Below, one piece after another: positions 43,701-56,737 of a stretch of DNA of 64,000 bases. Made by a program: the position numbers and the translations under genes. Under the pieces are notes generated by a model that was not told the DNA's origin, did not search any database, and worked only from the letters and a program-made list of their open reading frames with translations. The stretch is taken from NCBI GenBank assembly GCA_951406725.2, contig OX597814.1, positions 212,970,001 through 213,034,000 of the forward strand, in the 5' to 3' direction. The DNA comes from Octopus vulgaris (lineage: Eukaryota). Every line of letters starts with the position of its first letter. The stretch's first letter is position 1.

Positions 43701-45027
43701 GCATATATATATTATACATATATATAACTCCCCTTATATACATTTATGCACCTACATATATACTAGTACCTACACATACATACACTCACAGTCACACACA
43801 CATATACGAGATGCATGCAACTATATGCAACCGCAATTATGTGCAACATAAATATATACGGAAGAAATGAGTGGGAGAAAAACAAAGAGAGAGTGAGAGA
43901 GTGCGTCAAAAGAGGGAATAATGAGTACAAAGAGGGCTAGAACAAAAACTAGATGATATAGTTAAGCATCAATATCTTTGTATGCTCGTACATTTCTATG
44001 CTTTAACATCCTCCCAAGTTTCTGTATGTTCAGGGTGTCTGTGAGTCTGAAGTATATATCGTATTTTATTTGATCGATTATTTTACGAACAATACTGATT
44101 ATGTTATGTTCATATCCCCTTGAGAAATTTGTAATAAAAAAATACTTACACTATGTCACAGAACTCAAAGCAGTCAGTGGGATATATTCTTGCAAACATA
44201 GAATCATGTATTCAGATAATGTGCATATTCATCAAAGTACTTTTCATATCAATATTATATTTACATTAATGTTTCAAAAATCTTCAAACAATTGGCGTCC
44301 ACATTTGAGTGATTTTTATTTTGATCGATTTATTTTTCTGTTGGAAATACTCCTATTGATGTTTTCGGTTTAGCGTTTCCCTTTTGCAAGGAAATTGTAA
44401 ACATATTTTTGCTATTGATAAAGAATTTCTATGTAAAATTTTATATTTTCATTTCTGAAGTAACAATATTTGCTCGACTCTATGCGATATATTAAATTTT
44501 CCATTATATTGATATTATACTAGAGACGATATCATCAATGAACAATGCAAAAGACTGAAAATAAATGATGAAGCACAATAGTACATCGCCACCTGCATTA
44601 TTACCCATATAGAAATCTCTAAAAAGCTTTTAATAGTAATATTTAAATCTCAAATATATATTCCATAATATAAATCTTACGCCAAATGTTTAGTAAATAT
44701 ACCAAACAAGTTGTCTCACTGTATGCTAGAATCCGCTGAAATTAGCTCAGGAAATTCAATAAACTGAAAAGTTGCTTGGAAATTTTTCTCTCCGTATTTA
44801 TTGAAAGCAGAAAAAAAGAATTGAATTTTCTTCAAAATTTACCAATATGATAGTCAACAGAAACAATGCAATGTGAAATTTATGCATTCATGTAATATCC
44901 TGTAAAATATTATAGATATCAAAGTAAAACATTAGTATTATGTAAGAAAATATTGCGGAAATAGACAAATATTGAAAAACTATACGTATATATATATATA
45001 TTCTATATATATATATTCTAGTAAAAA

Positions 45028-45065
45028 CTGTCTGATGAACGGCAACGAGAAACTCAGAGTAACAG
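45028..45065 (+). ncRNA. Minimal type I hammerhead motif (A.A mismatch at base of stem II)
   Basis: ctgt CTGATGA a-cg-gcaa-cg-a GAAA ctc-a-gag TA acag, in a ~85-bp island between (TA)n tracts. Confidence 0.65.
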
Positions 45066-45097
45066 ATTTTGTTGGATTTTCTGCTGCTTTAAATAAA

Positions 45098-45168
<71 letters not shown>

Positions 45169-45170
<2 letters not shown>

Positions 45171-45378
45171 CGCAGGAGTGGCTATGTTTTAAGTAGCTTG
45201 CTAACCAACCACATGCTGGTGTGTTTATGTCCCCGTCACTTAGCGGTTCGGCAAAAGAGACCGATAGAATAAGTACTGGGCTTACAAAGAATAAGTCCCA
45301 GGGTCGATTTGCTCGGCTAAAGGCGTCGTTCCAGCATGGCCGCAGTCAAATGACTGAAACACGTAAAAGAGTAAAAAG
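45169..45378 (+). mobile_element. SINE family A, internally deleted
   Basis: Head ggcgcaggagtggct..ccacatg joined directly to ctggtgtgtttatgtcccc..tail. Confidence 0.85.
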
Positions 45379-45399
45379 ATATATATATATATATATAAA

Positions 45400-47670
45400 G
45401 GAAGCACCCGAAATCTCTCCAATCTGAACTTCCACAAAGCAGATTGGAAATCGATCCAAAAAGAGATCCTCAGAGAGGACTGGCCGGAATGTCTCTCCAC
45501 ACCAGACATTGACATGAAACTAGAATGTTTCATGCCTTCTGTGCAAGCCGTATGCCAGAAATATGTCCCAGAGCACAAGGCCAAAACAAATAGGAGCAAG
45601 ATTCCAAGAGACAGGAAGATCCTCATGAGACGACGAACGAAGGTTGCAAATCGTCTCAACCAACATCCCAAAAGTAGCGAAACGTCCCGCCTAAAAACAA
45701 CACTGATGGAGATAGACAAAAGGCTGCAACAATCCTATGTGAAGGAGAAAGCTGACAAAGAAGCCTGGGTTATAAAAAACATTAAATCAAACCCAAAGGC
45801 CTTCTTTCATTACGCGAAAGAAACAGTCTCAGTGCACTACAAGATAGGACCCCTCCTCCAAAAGGATGGCTCCCTCACAGACAGTCCAACTATGATCAGT
45901 GAGATGCTGAATGGCCAGTTCAAAAGTGTCTTTACCACCCCGTTGGAACACAGACAAGTGAACGAACCAGTGGACTTCTTTGCCGCCTCACCTATAACCA
46001 GCAAGGCGGTTACAATAGAATGTATTGACATTAGCGAAAAAGATGTTCTACTAGCCATAGATGAAGTGGACACAAACTCAGCTGCTGGTCCAGACGGTTT
46101 CCCAGCCATCATCCTCAAAGCGTGTAAGCATGCCCTGGCAAAACCCCTCAAGATTCTCTTCCAGAGCTTTCTTGCGAATGGCAAACTGCCAAGCAAGCTG
46201 AAGGAGGGAATAATATGCCCAATACATAAAGGGGGAAGTAGAGCAGATGCCAAAAACTATAGGCCTATCTCTCTGACTTCACACATCAGCAAAGTCATGG
46301 AAAGGATAGAAAGAATGAAACTAATCGCATTCCTTGAGGAAAATATCTTGCTGAGTGATACCCAGCATGGTTTTCGATCAGGTAGGAGCTGCCTGACCCA
46401 GCTCTTACAACATTATGACGGGGTGTTGAGGCAGTTACTCAACAAATCAAATGTGGACGTAATCTACCTTGTTTTGCAAAAGCTTTTGACAAGGTGGATC
46501 ATGGTATGATATGCCACAAACTGTGTGACCTCGGCATAGCTGGAAAACTTGGAGTGTGGTTGCATGACTTCCTGAAAGATAGGAGTCAGGCAGTAGTGGT
46601 TAATGGAGCCACCTCTATGAACACACAAATAGTGAGCGGTGTTCCACAGGGCACTGTCTTGGGCCCACTGCTTTTTATAGTGGCCCTCTCAGATATGCCC
46701 TCAAAAGCCCGGATAGCCACTCTGGCTAGCTATGCAGTCGATACGAAAGTCTCGTAGAAAATACAGAACCCCAGCGATGTTGCCCACCTGCAGCAGGAGT
46801 TGGGCTGAGGATAATAATATGCAGTTTAATGCTGAAAAACTCCAGGCCCTGCGCTACCAGCATCTAAAACTGAATATTAAACTTACAGGATACACCGGTC
46901 CACAGGGAATTTCAATCCCAGAGCCTAAGTCTGTGAGGGACCTGGGTATCGACATGAGTGATGATCCCTCTTTCCAAGTGCACATTACCAGGATGGCGAC
47001 AAAGTGCAGACGACTGGCTGGGTGGATCCTAAGAACATTCAGAACCAGAGATAAGGAAACCATGATGGTCCTCTGGCGGACATTCGTCCTTAGTCGCCTG
47101 GATAACTGCTCACAGCTATGATCACCCACCAGTGTAAAATTAACAGCAGACCTTGAAGCAATCCAGAGACGATTCACAAAGAAGATCGTCTCTTTGCAAC
47201 AGTTCAGCTACTGGGAAAGGTTGAAACAGCTAAGATTCTACTCCCTGGAGAGAAGAAGGGAGAGGTATGGAGTAATATATGTCTGGAAGATCCTGGAAGG
47301 AATTGTGCCAAATTTTAGCATTGCAAGCTACACCAATGTTAGAACGGGACGACACTGCATATTGCCAAAGATCCCAGCAATGCCATCACGCTTCAGGACC
47401 AGCTTCTGCAACAGCCTGGGTTTCAAGGGCCCACAGCTTTTTAATATTCTCCCAAAGAGTCTGAGGAACTTGCACAAAGTAGATGTAGCGGTTTTTAAAT
47501 CAAAGCTGGACATCTTCCAGTCAAGAGTCCCAGATGAACCTACCTCACGGCAACTGGTGCAAATGAGAGTAGCTGTATCAAACTCCATTCTTCACCAAGT
47601 GCCACATATTAGACGAAGTTCGTCGCAATAACAGTATAGCACAAAACGGCGGTGCATCAGCATGGCCGCA
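45400..47670 (+). mobile_element. CR1-like LINE ORF2 (RT), 5'-truncated and frameshifted
   Basis: AAGPDGF, NYRPISLTSHISKVMERI, QHGFRSGRSCLTQLL, FAKAFDKVDH, SGVPQGTVLGPLLF, YAVDTK (mutated YADD), VRDLGI, SLERRRERY. Ends ggcggtgcatcagcatggccgca; (TA)n on both sides. Confidence 0.93.
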
Positions 47671-47731
47671 TATATATACATATACATATATATATATAAC
47701 TGTAATATGTGACAATTATTCGGTAGCCATA

Positions 47732-47790
47732 ATAAAACCCCAAGCTTCGGATGCCGAGGTGGCAATCCACTCTGCCATCTCCTCAGTTAT
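47732..47790 (-). ncRNA. Degenerate hammerhead motif, same family as 26750
   Basis: ataa CTGAGGA gatg..catc c GAAG cttgggg TT ttat. Shares the terminus aatatgtgacaat..gccataataaa next to (TA)n. Confidence 0.45.
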
Positions 47791-49018
47791 CCGGCCATCG
47801 GAAAAATGCTATGAAAAATGACCGTTATACAAAGCGAAATTTCTGTGTGGTTGACTATTATTAAGACAAAAGAACTGTATGAATGACCGCTAAGTAAGGT
47901 GGTAAAAAGTTCATAGTATTGGCGTAAGTGCGCATGTTCATACCTACTATTGCGCGCTCGTACACTCACTGCGTGCGCCTAAAAGTATACATTCATCCAC
48001 CCTCACTTGAAAACGTACACATCCTCAACTGCACCATTCGCCAAATGTATATGTATATACATACAAACCCACACATACACGCACACATAAAGGTTCATAC
48101 ACATCTCTATACGCACAAGCCCAAGAAAAAAAAACAGGTATAAGGGTAACAATACAGAAAAAAGGTATAAAGGAGTAAATAAGGTCAACATATTTTTTTA
48201 AAATTATATCAATACCTTAGCACGGAGTACCGAAAAGGTTATGACATCCCGGATTGAAGGATCGTGCAATGCATTTTGAAATGCTTAAAGGCAACGGATA
48301 TATTTGAGAAAGAATATATGTTTGTAACATAATTTTTTTTTTTTACTTTAAATTCTATGGATATTTTGGAAGTAAAAGAAATATTTTTATATCAATGCTA
48401 GGATACTTGAAAATGTATCTGGTTATATTTTAGAAAATAAAAAAAAATATTTTTCTTGGCCGTGGGACTACGAAATTCGACATCGGTATGCATTACATTC
48501 GGCAAATATCTTACATATTAGAATCAAATTGACGAAGAAATGTGGAATAAAACCATCTTGTAAGCAATGTATTTTTATTGATAGACTTCAACTTACATTT
48601 TTTTCAGTTATGGTGAGTTGCATACATTTAATTATGTTCAGTACATTTGAACAATTATCGGTCAGATCATGCGTTTCAATCCCTATTTATAATATATATC
48701 AATATGTAATTTATAAGATTGAGGCAATCTAAGTGTAGGAAGTTTGTAAGCTTCGAGCAGTCCGTGGTGTGTATAAAAAAACAACATTCAGGAGCACTAA
48801 TAATCTGTCGTTGAGGCTTGTAGGCTTTTCCCATATTGAAGTTTGATAAGCTTAATAAAAATAATTACATAGTCCACGGTTAGCAAATTAAATTGCTATG
48901 AAAGCGGAGGGAGTTCGACGTTGCTGCCCTCTTTCAAGCTTTATGCTGTGATGCAGGTTCATCTGGGACTTTCAACAGCAGGAAATGAAGTTGTATAATG
49001 TGTGTGTGTATTTGTGTG

Positions 49019-49083
<65 letters not shown>

Positions 49084-50536
49084 CAGATCTCTCACAGTTT
49101 TCATTAACCATATTTACTCACAAAGTACTGGTGGATCAGAAGTTAATAATGACACTTTCCCAATGTACTAAACATTGGCACTAAACCAAAAACACATTCT
49201 TGCAAAAAGTGCTTCTTAACCAGGCAGCCATGCATTTAACATATATATATATGTGTGTGTGAGTGTGTGTGTGTATGTGCGTGTGTGTGTGTGTATGTTT
49301 GTGTGTGTATGTATGTATGCATGTATGTATATGTGCCTGTGCGTGCCTGCGCGCGTTTGTGTTTAAATGCATCATTTATATATGTATTTTAAAATTGGTT
49401 TCATTATACATTGAATAGTATCATTAGTTTTATATCTCTTCTGAAATTTTTATTTCATATTTGTAAATTTATTTTTTAGATTTTAGCATTTATTGTAATA
49501 AATTTGCGTATACAATTTTATACTAGTTTATCTATTATTTTTATTTGATTGACGTAATGATCTATCCCATGCAATTCCGTTGTACAATACTTGAGGCAAC
49601 AGACGTTTATAATACATTTAATGCATAGATTACCTATACTTTGCAACTTATCTGAATCTATATTGAAGCGTTTTAATACCTTTCAGCATTTTATAGGACT
49701 TCGTTTAGTTCTTTAAATACATAATTCATGTCTAACAAAACTGAAGCAAGTCATCATTAAAATCATTATATAAAACGTGTAAATTACCGTTGTGTTGTCC
49801 ATAGAAATTGTTCTGGTTGTTTCGTTTATCACAATTGAATCTGTAAGAATTTTATACACGAAAATATTTCTTGAAATAATTGTAATCACTATATGTAATA
49901 GTTAGTGTTTCTATGTAATCGAAACTTGATTGCATCATTTGTAAGAAAGCGAGTATATGAAACAATTTTAATACCACAAACTTCAATTTTTAAATGTGTG
50001 TAGGCAAAAGCTCCATGATTACTGAAAAAGTAATATTTGACGTATAATGTGCTGAATTTTTAACATTTATGCAAGAAATCTATCTGTACACTAACATACT
50101 TGACTGATGTAGATATTTAACTAGCGAATGTTTATGTTATGAAATGAAGTAATTCTAGTTCCAATGATTCTAAATGGTAGGATCGTTCACTCGTAAATCA
50201 ATAAATCTAATATAGAACTAATGCAATTCTTAAATTTCCGAATAAAGAAGGTTGTTAGACGTTATGTTGGATTCAGAAAATTATGTAAAATATAGGGAAT
50301 ATTTTGATAATAGACTGAACACAGCGTGAAAACTTCCCTATCGTAAGTATCTGATTGTGATCAGAGATATAATTTTACAGACTCTTCTGATTATGTACAT
50401 AAAGTTAATAATACAAATTACTCCCTTTATATCCTCTTTAAATGTCGTTGTTTGATTACTTACCCATAGAAGAAGTACTAAGATTCTTCAAAGCTCACTA
50501 ATAATGATCAGAAAAATTGTTAAATTAGTAGATAAA

Positions 50537-50640
50537 TATATTTCTTTACTACCCACAAGGGGCTAAACACAGAGGGGACAAACAAGGACAGACAAAGGGA
50601 TTAAGTCAATTACATCGACCCCAGTGCGTAACTGGTACTT
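50537..50640 (-). mobile_element. SINE family B, 5'-truncated, 15-17-bp TSD
   Basis: TSD (tt)aaattagtagataaa at 50520-50536 and 50639-50655. Confidence 0.9.
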
Positions 50641-50682
50641 AAATTAGTAGATAAAGAGCCTTCTGGTATCGCGTAATATTTT

Positions 50683-50960
50683 CCATTACACTGCGTGCGT
50701 AAGCGAAAGCAAGATATTGTAATCACTCGTTTGTCTGTGTGTTTGCAAAATTACCTGAAAACGTCTGAACGGATTTTCACCAAATTTGGTGAAAATACTC
50801 ATTCAGTGAGTGGCCCGAAAAGATGAACATTTGGTATGAGTATCTTAAAAAGCAAAAAAATTAAATCGAACTTACAACTTTCCCGATAAGCACTTCTTTT
50901 TCATATGAGTCGACCCTCGTCTGCATGTGCACAGATCATGGTGTATCTATGCGAGTAGAC
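50683..50960 (+). mobile_element. Helentron-derived/DINE-like element
   Basis: ttacactgcg..gtttgtctgtgtgtttgcaaaattacctgaaaacgtctgaacggattttcaccaaatttgg; same architecture as 9360-9590. Confidence 0.5.
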
Positions 50961-51013
50961 AAGTGTGTGTGCATACATACATACATACATACATACATAC
51001 ATACATACATACA

Positions 51014-51045
<32 letters not shown>

Positions 51046-52712
51046 CAGCAGTGTGTGTCTGTGTGCGTGTTTTTGTGTGTGTGTGTACCGGGCTTAAGAA
51101 AATAAGTCCTGGGATTGATTTATTAAAGGCAGTCACCCAGCCTGGCCATAGTCTGAAGATTCTAACAAAAAAATAAATAAAGGATAAAAGATTTGCTTAC
51201 AATACAATTTACCAACGTTGTGTACGCTGTTCATTGATATACGCTTTTACGTATTAAGTTCTTTTGTGATACAGAAGATCTCCGATATATTTGGCTAATT
51301 TATGGAAGGAACTGACATGTATATCTGAATGTTTTCTCTTGATGGATTGAGATTTAAATTATTTAAGATCCCATCTGCAATGTTACCTCAACAAGATGCT
51401 GCTATATATATATATATATAGACATTAAGTATTAGATAAAAGAAACTGATTAAGCATTTTGGAAACTTTATAAACATCGTATTTAATCATTCCAAATAGT
51501 TCTAATTCCGTACCACTCGTATTGAAAATTCACCTTAATGAATAAAACATTTGTTTTCTTCCACGAACTATTAATCTAATCTATGCAAACCAATTCTGAG
51601 CTTCATATAATATAACTCAATGATTTTTTTTCAATGAATACAATATTATAACATTACCAAAGAATGTTTCGTGTCAAAACTATTTACAATAATTGAACTT
51701 AAACTGAATAAAACTGGTTTTGTACAAGCTAAACTGGCAAATACAGTCGTTATCTAATCCGAACCAGCAACGTAATCTTTATATGGTCGTTTGACCTGCT
51801 AAAACAAAACTAGCAATCAAATCCCATTCAAATTGCATTCAAATATATGTATTAAATTGACCAGCTCATTGGGTGATGAGTTTGCGATATATATATGAAG
51901 GGCCAGTTGTGGCTGGAATGGTTTAAGCTTAGTTATTTTTGATCAAGAAAATATGGGATAAATAAGGAAACATACGCAGCTCAAGTTAGAGGAAATTGGC
52001 AAGGCCAATTTAATTTGGTTTCTTCATAATTACATACGCTATGGGATATGACCTAATGATATAAGAATTCCGTCCATATCACAAATGTATTAAGATCTAG
52101 ATAATGTTATTTATGAGAAATATGCATTGGGAAAAGAAAGAACCGCATCTTATTTTGTAATGCGCACCTGCGGATCATTAGCTGACCACACAACGAACGG
52201 TCTCTGTTGGAAATTTGTAAATATTCAGTGATTAACAGCTGTATCGTATGATACATATTTATATACATTCAGCACCGAATGGAAACGATATATGTGCGCT
52301 ATTTACATTTTAGGCATTAATTCATGAAAATGTTGATACGGTGAATTTATACAAAATAGAGTATTTATGATCATCCACCAGATACAATCACCGTTCTTTT
52401 TCTAATTCGATAATTTCTGCCAACAATGCATTTACTGGAGCGACAAATACCTTTCAAATTTCTATTTAAAAGCAAATCATAACACTAACAATATCACTTT
52501 TGTTATAAAATATTCAAATTAATATTGTTGCAAATGTTTATAATCCCAAAGGTACGTTTCTACATACCTAGGAAAACTAATTTCTGTATAGAATTAATCC
52601 AGGGTGTTATTATTTTTAAAAATGCAGTACAACATTTAAATAAAACTTAATCTCACAAGTAATATGCGTACTAGTGTGAAGTATGACAATGTTTTGTCAA
52701 AAGAGACCGACA

Positions 52713-53695
52713 CTTATTCTTTTATTCTCTTAATGGCTTCAGTCGTGCGGCCATGCTGGAGCACTGCCTTAATTTAATTTCTTTCAATTTTGTTGTCATT
52801 TTTGGTTGAAAGTTCGTTTCTGATTGAAATCGTAGATGCTGATCTTCCCCGTGCGTATCCTTGGATGATTGGCTGGCCCAGTATCATCCTTAAGATTTCT
52901 TCAATGCTCGTTTAATGTTTCAGTAGAGGTCATTTTTATATTTCTGATTTCTTTAGGTAAGCAGTTGAAAAGTTAGAAACTTCTAAATACCATATTGATA
53001 TAATTGGGTGATTTGTTCCTTCTTTCGAAGGTCGTATATTTCAAAGCTGACAGCATCTACCAGTTCGTGCATTATAATTCTTTCTAATCTCGAACTTTGG
53101 AACATTCCCCTCCAGGGTGATTTTCTATACTAATATGATAGTATATATCTCTCTCTCTTCAGCTTTCAACAGGGTAGAGACGCAGAACTTTCAGCCGTTA
53201 CCATTGATTAAGGCTTTTAACCGAACTTATTTTACTGGCGAAAGTTCTTTCTAGTCCTTCAGTTTCATCTATGAGACCATGTAACCTTGGAAACAAAAAC
53301 TGTGAGCAATAATCGTATCTACTCAGAACTAAAGCTTTCCGTAGATTCAACAAAACTACCGGTTCCTTTGTCTCGAATGTTTGCAGGATCTATCCTATGA
53401 AATGTCGGCATTTAGAGATCCATTTGATGATGTGGATGATAACGGTTACATCATTTGATATGATTCAGCCTAAGTCTCGTATGTCATTAACATTGTAAAT
53501 AATTGTTTTATCTCATGTCAAATAATGTGATTTGTATGCATTGCCTATGCAATAAAGGAGTGAAAAACTGATACATTGAATACCATATTATTTTTTTTTA
53601 TGCCCATCGATGAATGAGAATTAACTCATTTTGAAGTGACTGCGTTTTATAGAGTTTAGAATAGTCATCGATAATTTTGTGTTATTGGCATAACA
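52713..53695 (-). mobile_element. Old CR1-like LINE 3' half
   Basis: Minus strand YANNTK, IRDLG, ILQTF..LVLSRYDYCSQ, RLKVLRLY..RERY. Ends ggcagtgctccagcatggccgca..aataaaagaataa. Confidence 0.8.
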
Positions 53696-53699
53696 CCTT

Positions 53700-55000
53700 A
53701 AGTTGGAAAAGGACAACAAAACAGTAGCAGTGAATTACCTACCGATCTCAGTTATCTCTCACAACAGGAAATCTTTTGAGCGGTGAGATCTCGGCTAACT
53801 CAATTACTAGGAAGTAAGAGTCTACTTATTCCCAACAATCATGGTTTCCGCAATGGTAAAGACTGCGTAACCAAGCTCTTTCATCACTTTGATGACATCT
53901 AAGAGACGGGCCCGAGGCAAATATCATCCATTTCAACTTCAGCAAGGCTTTCCACAAGACTAACAAAAGGTAAACTATTAAATTGATTGTGTTCTGGAAA
54001 AAAAGAGCCCACTATGTGTTCGATGAAGCTTGGCAAAAGTTATTACTGGAGTTTCACAAAGCACTCTATAGGCCGCACTACTTTTCATTATTCACATCAA
54101 TGATATTATTGACGTCATCAATACAGATACATTGACTTTTTCACGGTTGACTCTAAGCTTCTGAAGGTTGTCGACAGGGTGGGCCACTGGACTAATCTCC
54201 AATCAGATTTGCTTGCTGTTATCCGATGAGTGAAATATGAAAATATGCAGCTAAACTTGGACAACTTTGAATTAACCCACTTTGGTAAAGAGATTTCCCA
54301 TAAGCTACCATTACACCCTTCTCTCAGGCAAAAATGTTGTGGCATCAAACACCTCTAGGGACTTCGGGGTAACTGTCAACAACCCCTTAAACTGAAGTAC
54401 CTACATAAAGATCAAAGGTGATATGGCCCCCAGGGCATACTCCTGGATCCTCGGTGCTTTTCTGTTTATATCCACTTCTCCACCTTCGCCTGTCCTCGCC
54501 ACGACTACTAGTTCTTGATTATCAGGATCGTCTCGAGAAACTCAAACTTTATCCCCTCCAATGCGCCGTGAGCGCTATATCATTTATATGATTTGGAAAT
54601 TATTCTAAGACTATTACCCAAATTATGATGGTATCAACTTGAAAGTTCATCCAAGCCTTGCACCCCACCCTCGTGCCATCTCTCTTCTACAAAAGTCATA
54701 CGCGCATCATATTACAACAGTAAGGCAGAGAAATTTCACCTCAACTTTCCCTGCTCTCTTTAAAATCATGGCAAAGCACATAACAGAATATTTCATAACA
54801 TTCAAACGGTTCCAGGACGAATAACTTCAAGAAATTCTAGATAAACTACCAACACCCGAATATATCTCTGCAAGCAATAACTCATTACTCGAATAGGCTA
54901 TAGTGTTCAAAGAATGAGTATAATATGAAAAGTCCTTAAATGTCATTTCAAGGTGGTGCTGTTTAGTTAGGTACGTCCTGAGCTAATTCTGATCGAAACT
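53700..55000 (+). mobile_element. Old CR1-like LINE RT
   Basis: NYLPIS, HGFRNGKDCVTKL, FSKAFHK, GVSQ..LFIIHIND, F..DSKL, RDFG, RERY; heavily decayed. Confidence 0.75.
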
Positions 55001-55036
55001 GATCTCTGTATCTAGGTATCAAACGGTATATATTTA

Positions 55037-55490
55037 AGGCGACCTGGCAGAAACGTTAGCACAACGGGTGAAATGCTTAGCGGTATTTCGTCTGCCGTTA
55101 CGTACTGAGTTCAAATTCCGCCGAGGTCGACTTTGCCTTTCATATATATCTTCTTTCATTATTTTCTTTATTCTTTTATTTGTTTCAGTCATTTGACTGC
55201 GGCTATGCTGGGGCACCGCCTTTAGTCGAGCAAATCGACCTCAGGACTTATTATTTGTAAGCCTAGTACTTATTCTATCGGTATAAGTCAATGAATGAAT
55301 ATTAAACAGATTCTATGTAATCTTTCCTGATTCTATGTAATCTTTGCAAGACTTTGCCTTTCATCCTTTCGGGGTCGATAAATTAAGTAGTAGTTACGCA
55401 CTGGGGTCGATGTAATCGACTTAATCTGTTTGTCTGTCCTTGTTTGTCCCTTCTGTGTTTAGCCCCTTGTGGGTAGTAAAGAAATAGGTA
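55037..55490 (+). mobile_element. SINE family B, full length, interrupted by a nested insertion (55144-55349)
   Basis: Outer TSD ggtatatatttaagg (55025-55039 and about 55487-55501). Inner TSD gactttgcctttcat (55129-55143 and 55350-55364). Confidence 0.9.
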
Positions 55491-56687
55491 TATATTTAAG
55501 GATTTAATGTAATGAGGTTTCTTATTTATGGCTTTGAAAAATCTATTAGCGAAACTGAGTGTAATGAACCACATTAAGACACCCAACAATTCTATTCTCT
55601 TGTACCAAGGTACATGGTTTCACTACATTGTGTCATCAGGCATGTAATTCTTACACTTATCTATAACGAATCATACCAAACTATAATTCAACATTACACA
55701 CCACATTGTATAATAATCAACTGCAATTCAATATATAAAACGCATCTGTACTTCTGTGGTATACTAGACTATTATGCACCTTATATCAACATGTAGAGGT
55801 GAACGTGACAGTGTTTATGATTTTCCTAGACCTGTAAGAAGTATCAACTAAACAACACTTAAATTTAAGAAATATTGGACCATCTTATACGTTATAGGGA
55901 AGACTGGAATGCTTTCGAACATATATTCCTGATCGTGGATAAACTGGTTCTAAAGAAAAGTCATTACAGTTTTACAGCATTTAACATGAATCCTACACAG
56001 TATAGTGACTGTTTCCATTTAGTGCAGTTTCCTTTACTTCATTTTCTTTATTTCCTGCTCTGCTTTTCCTGTTGTATACAAACACATACATAAACGCACA
56101 TACACACTGACACACACACACACACTCACACGCGCGCGCACATATATGTGTGCGTGCGTAGATGTGAGGGTGTGTGCTCGCGATAATATCGAAAAATGAG
56201 AGTGATTTCACAAAATACCTTTAATATACTTAACATATACATACACACAGGCACACACAAAACGATATGTGTATGTATCTCGTGTGTGTGACTATGTTTT
56301 TGTGTGCGTGCGTATGTATGTATATTCGTGTGGTTACGATTTTAGAATACTATTAACGAATATAATCAAGTTTTCTCCTCATAGCTCACCAATATTTATT
56401 GCAAATGCTATTAATAAAATTCTGTATAGAATTCATGCCATCAATATTTATCAAATAAACAAATCCCCAGTAAAATATATTAACTACGACTTCACAAAAG
56501 CAGTAGAAGGCTCAGTAGGTTAATATTGTACGAAAATGCATAATAAAAATGTTGGAAACGTCTGTTCCGTTTCACTTCCATGTGAAGTCTCATACATCTA
56601 AAATCTAATCGGATAAAGAGGATTCCTTTCCTTTCATGTTCCGGAGTAGATTAAATCTGTAGTTAAGATACATACATACATACACAC

Positions 56688-56737
<50 letters not shown>

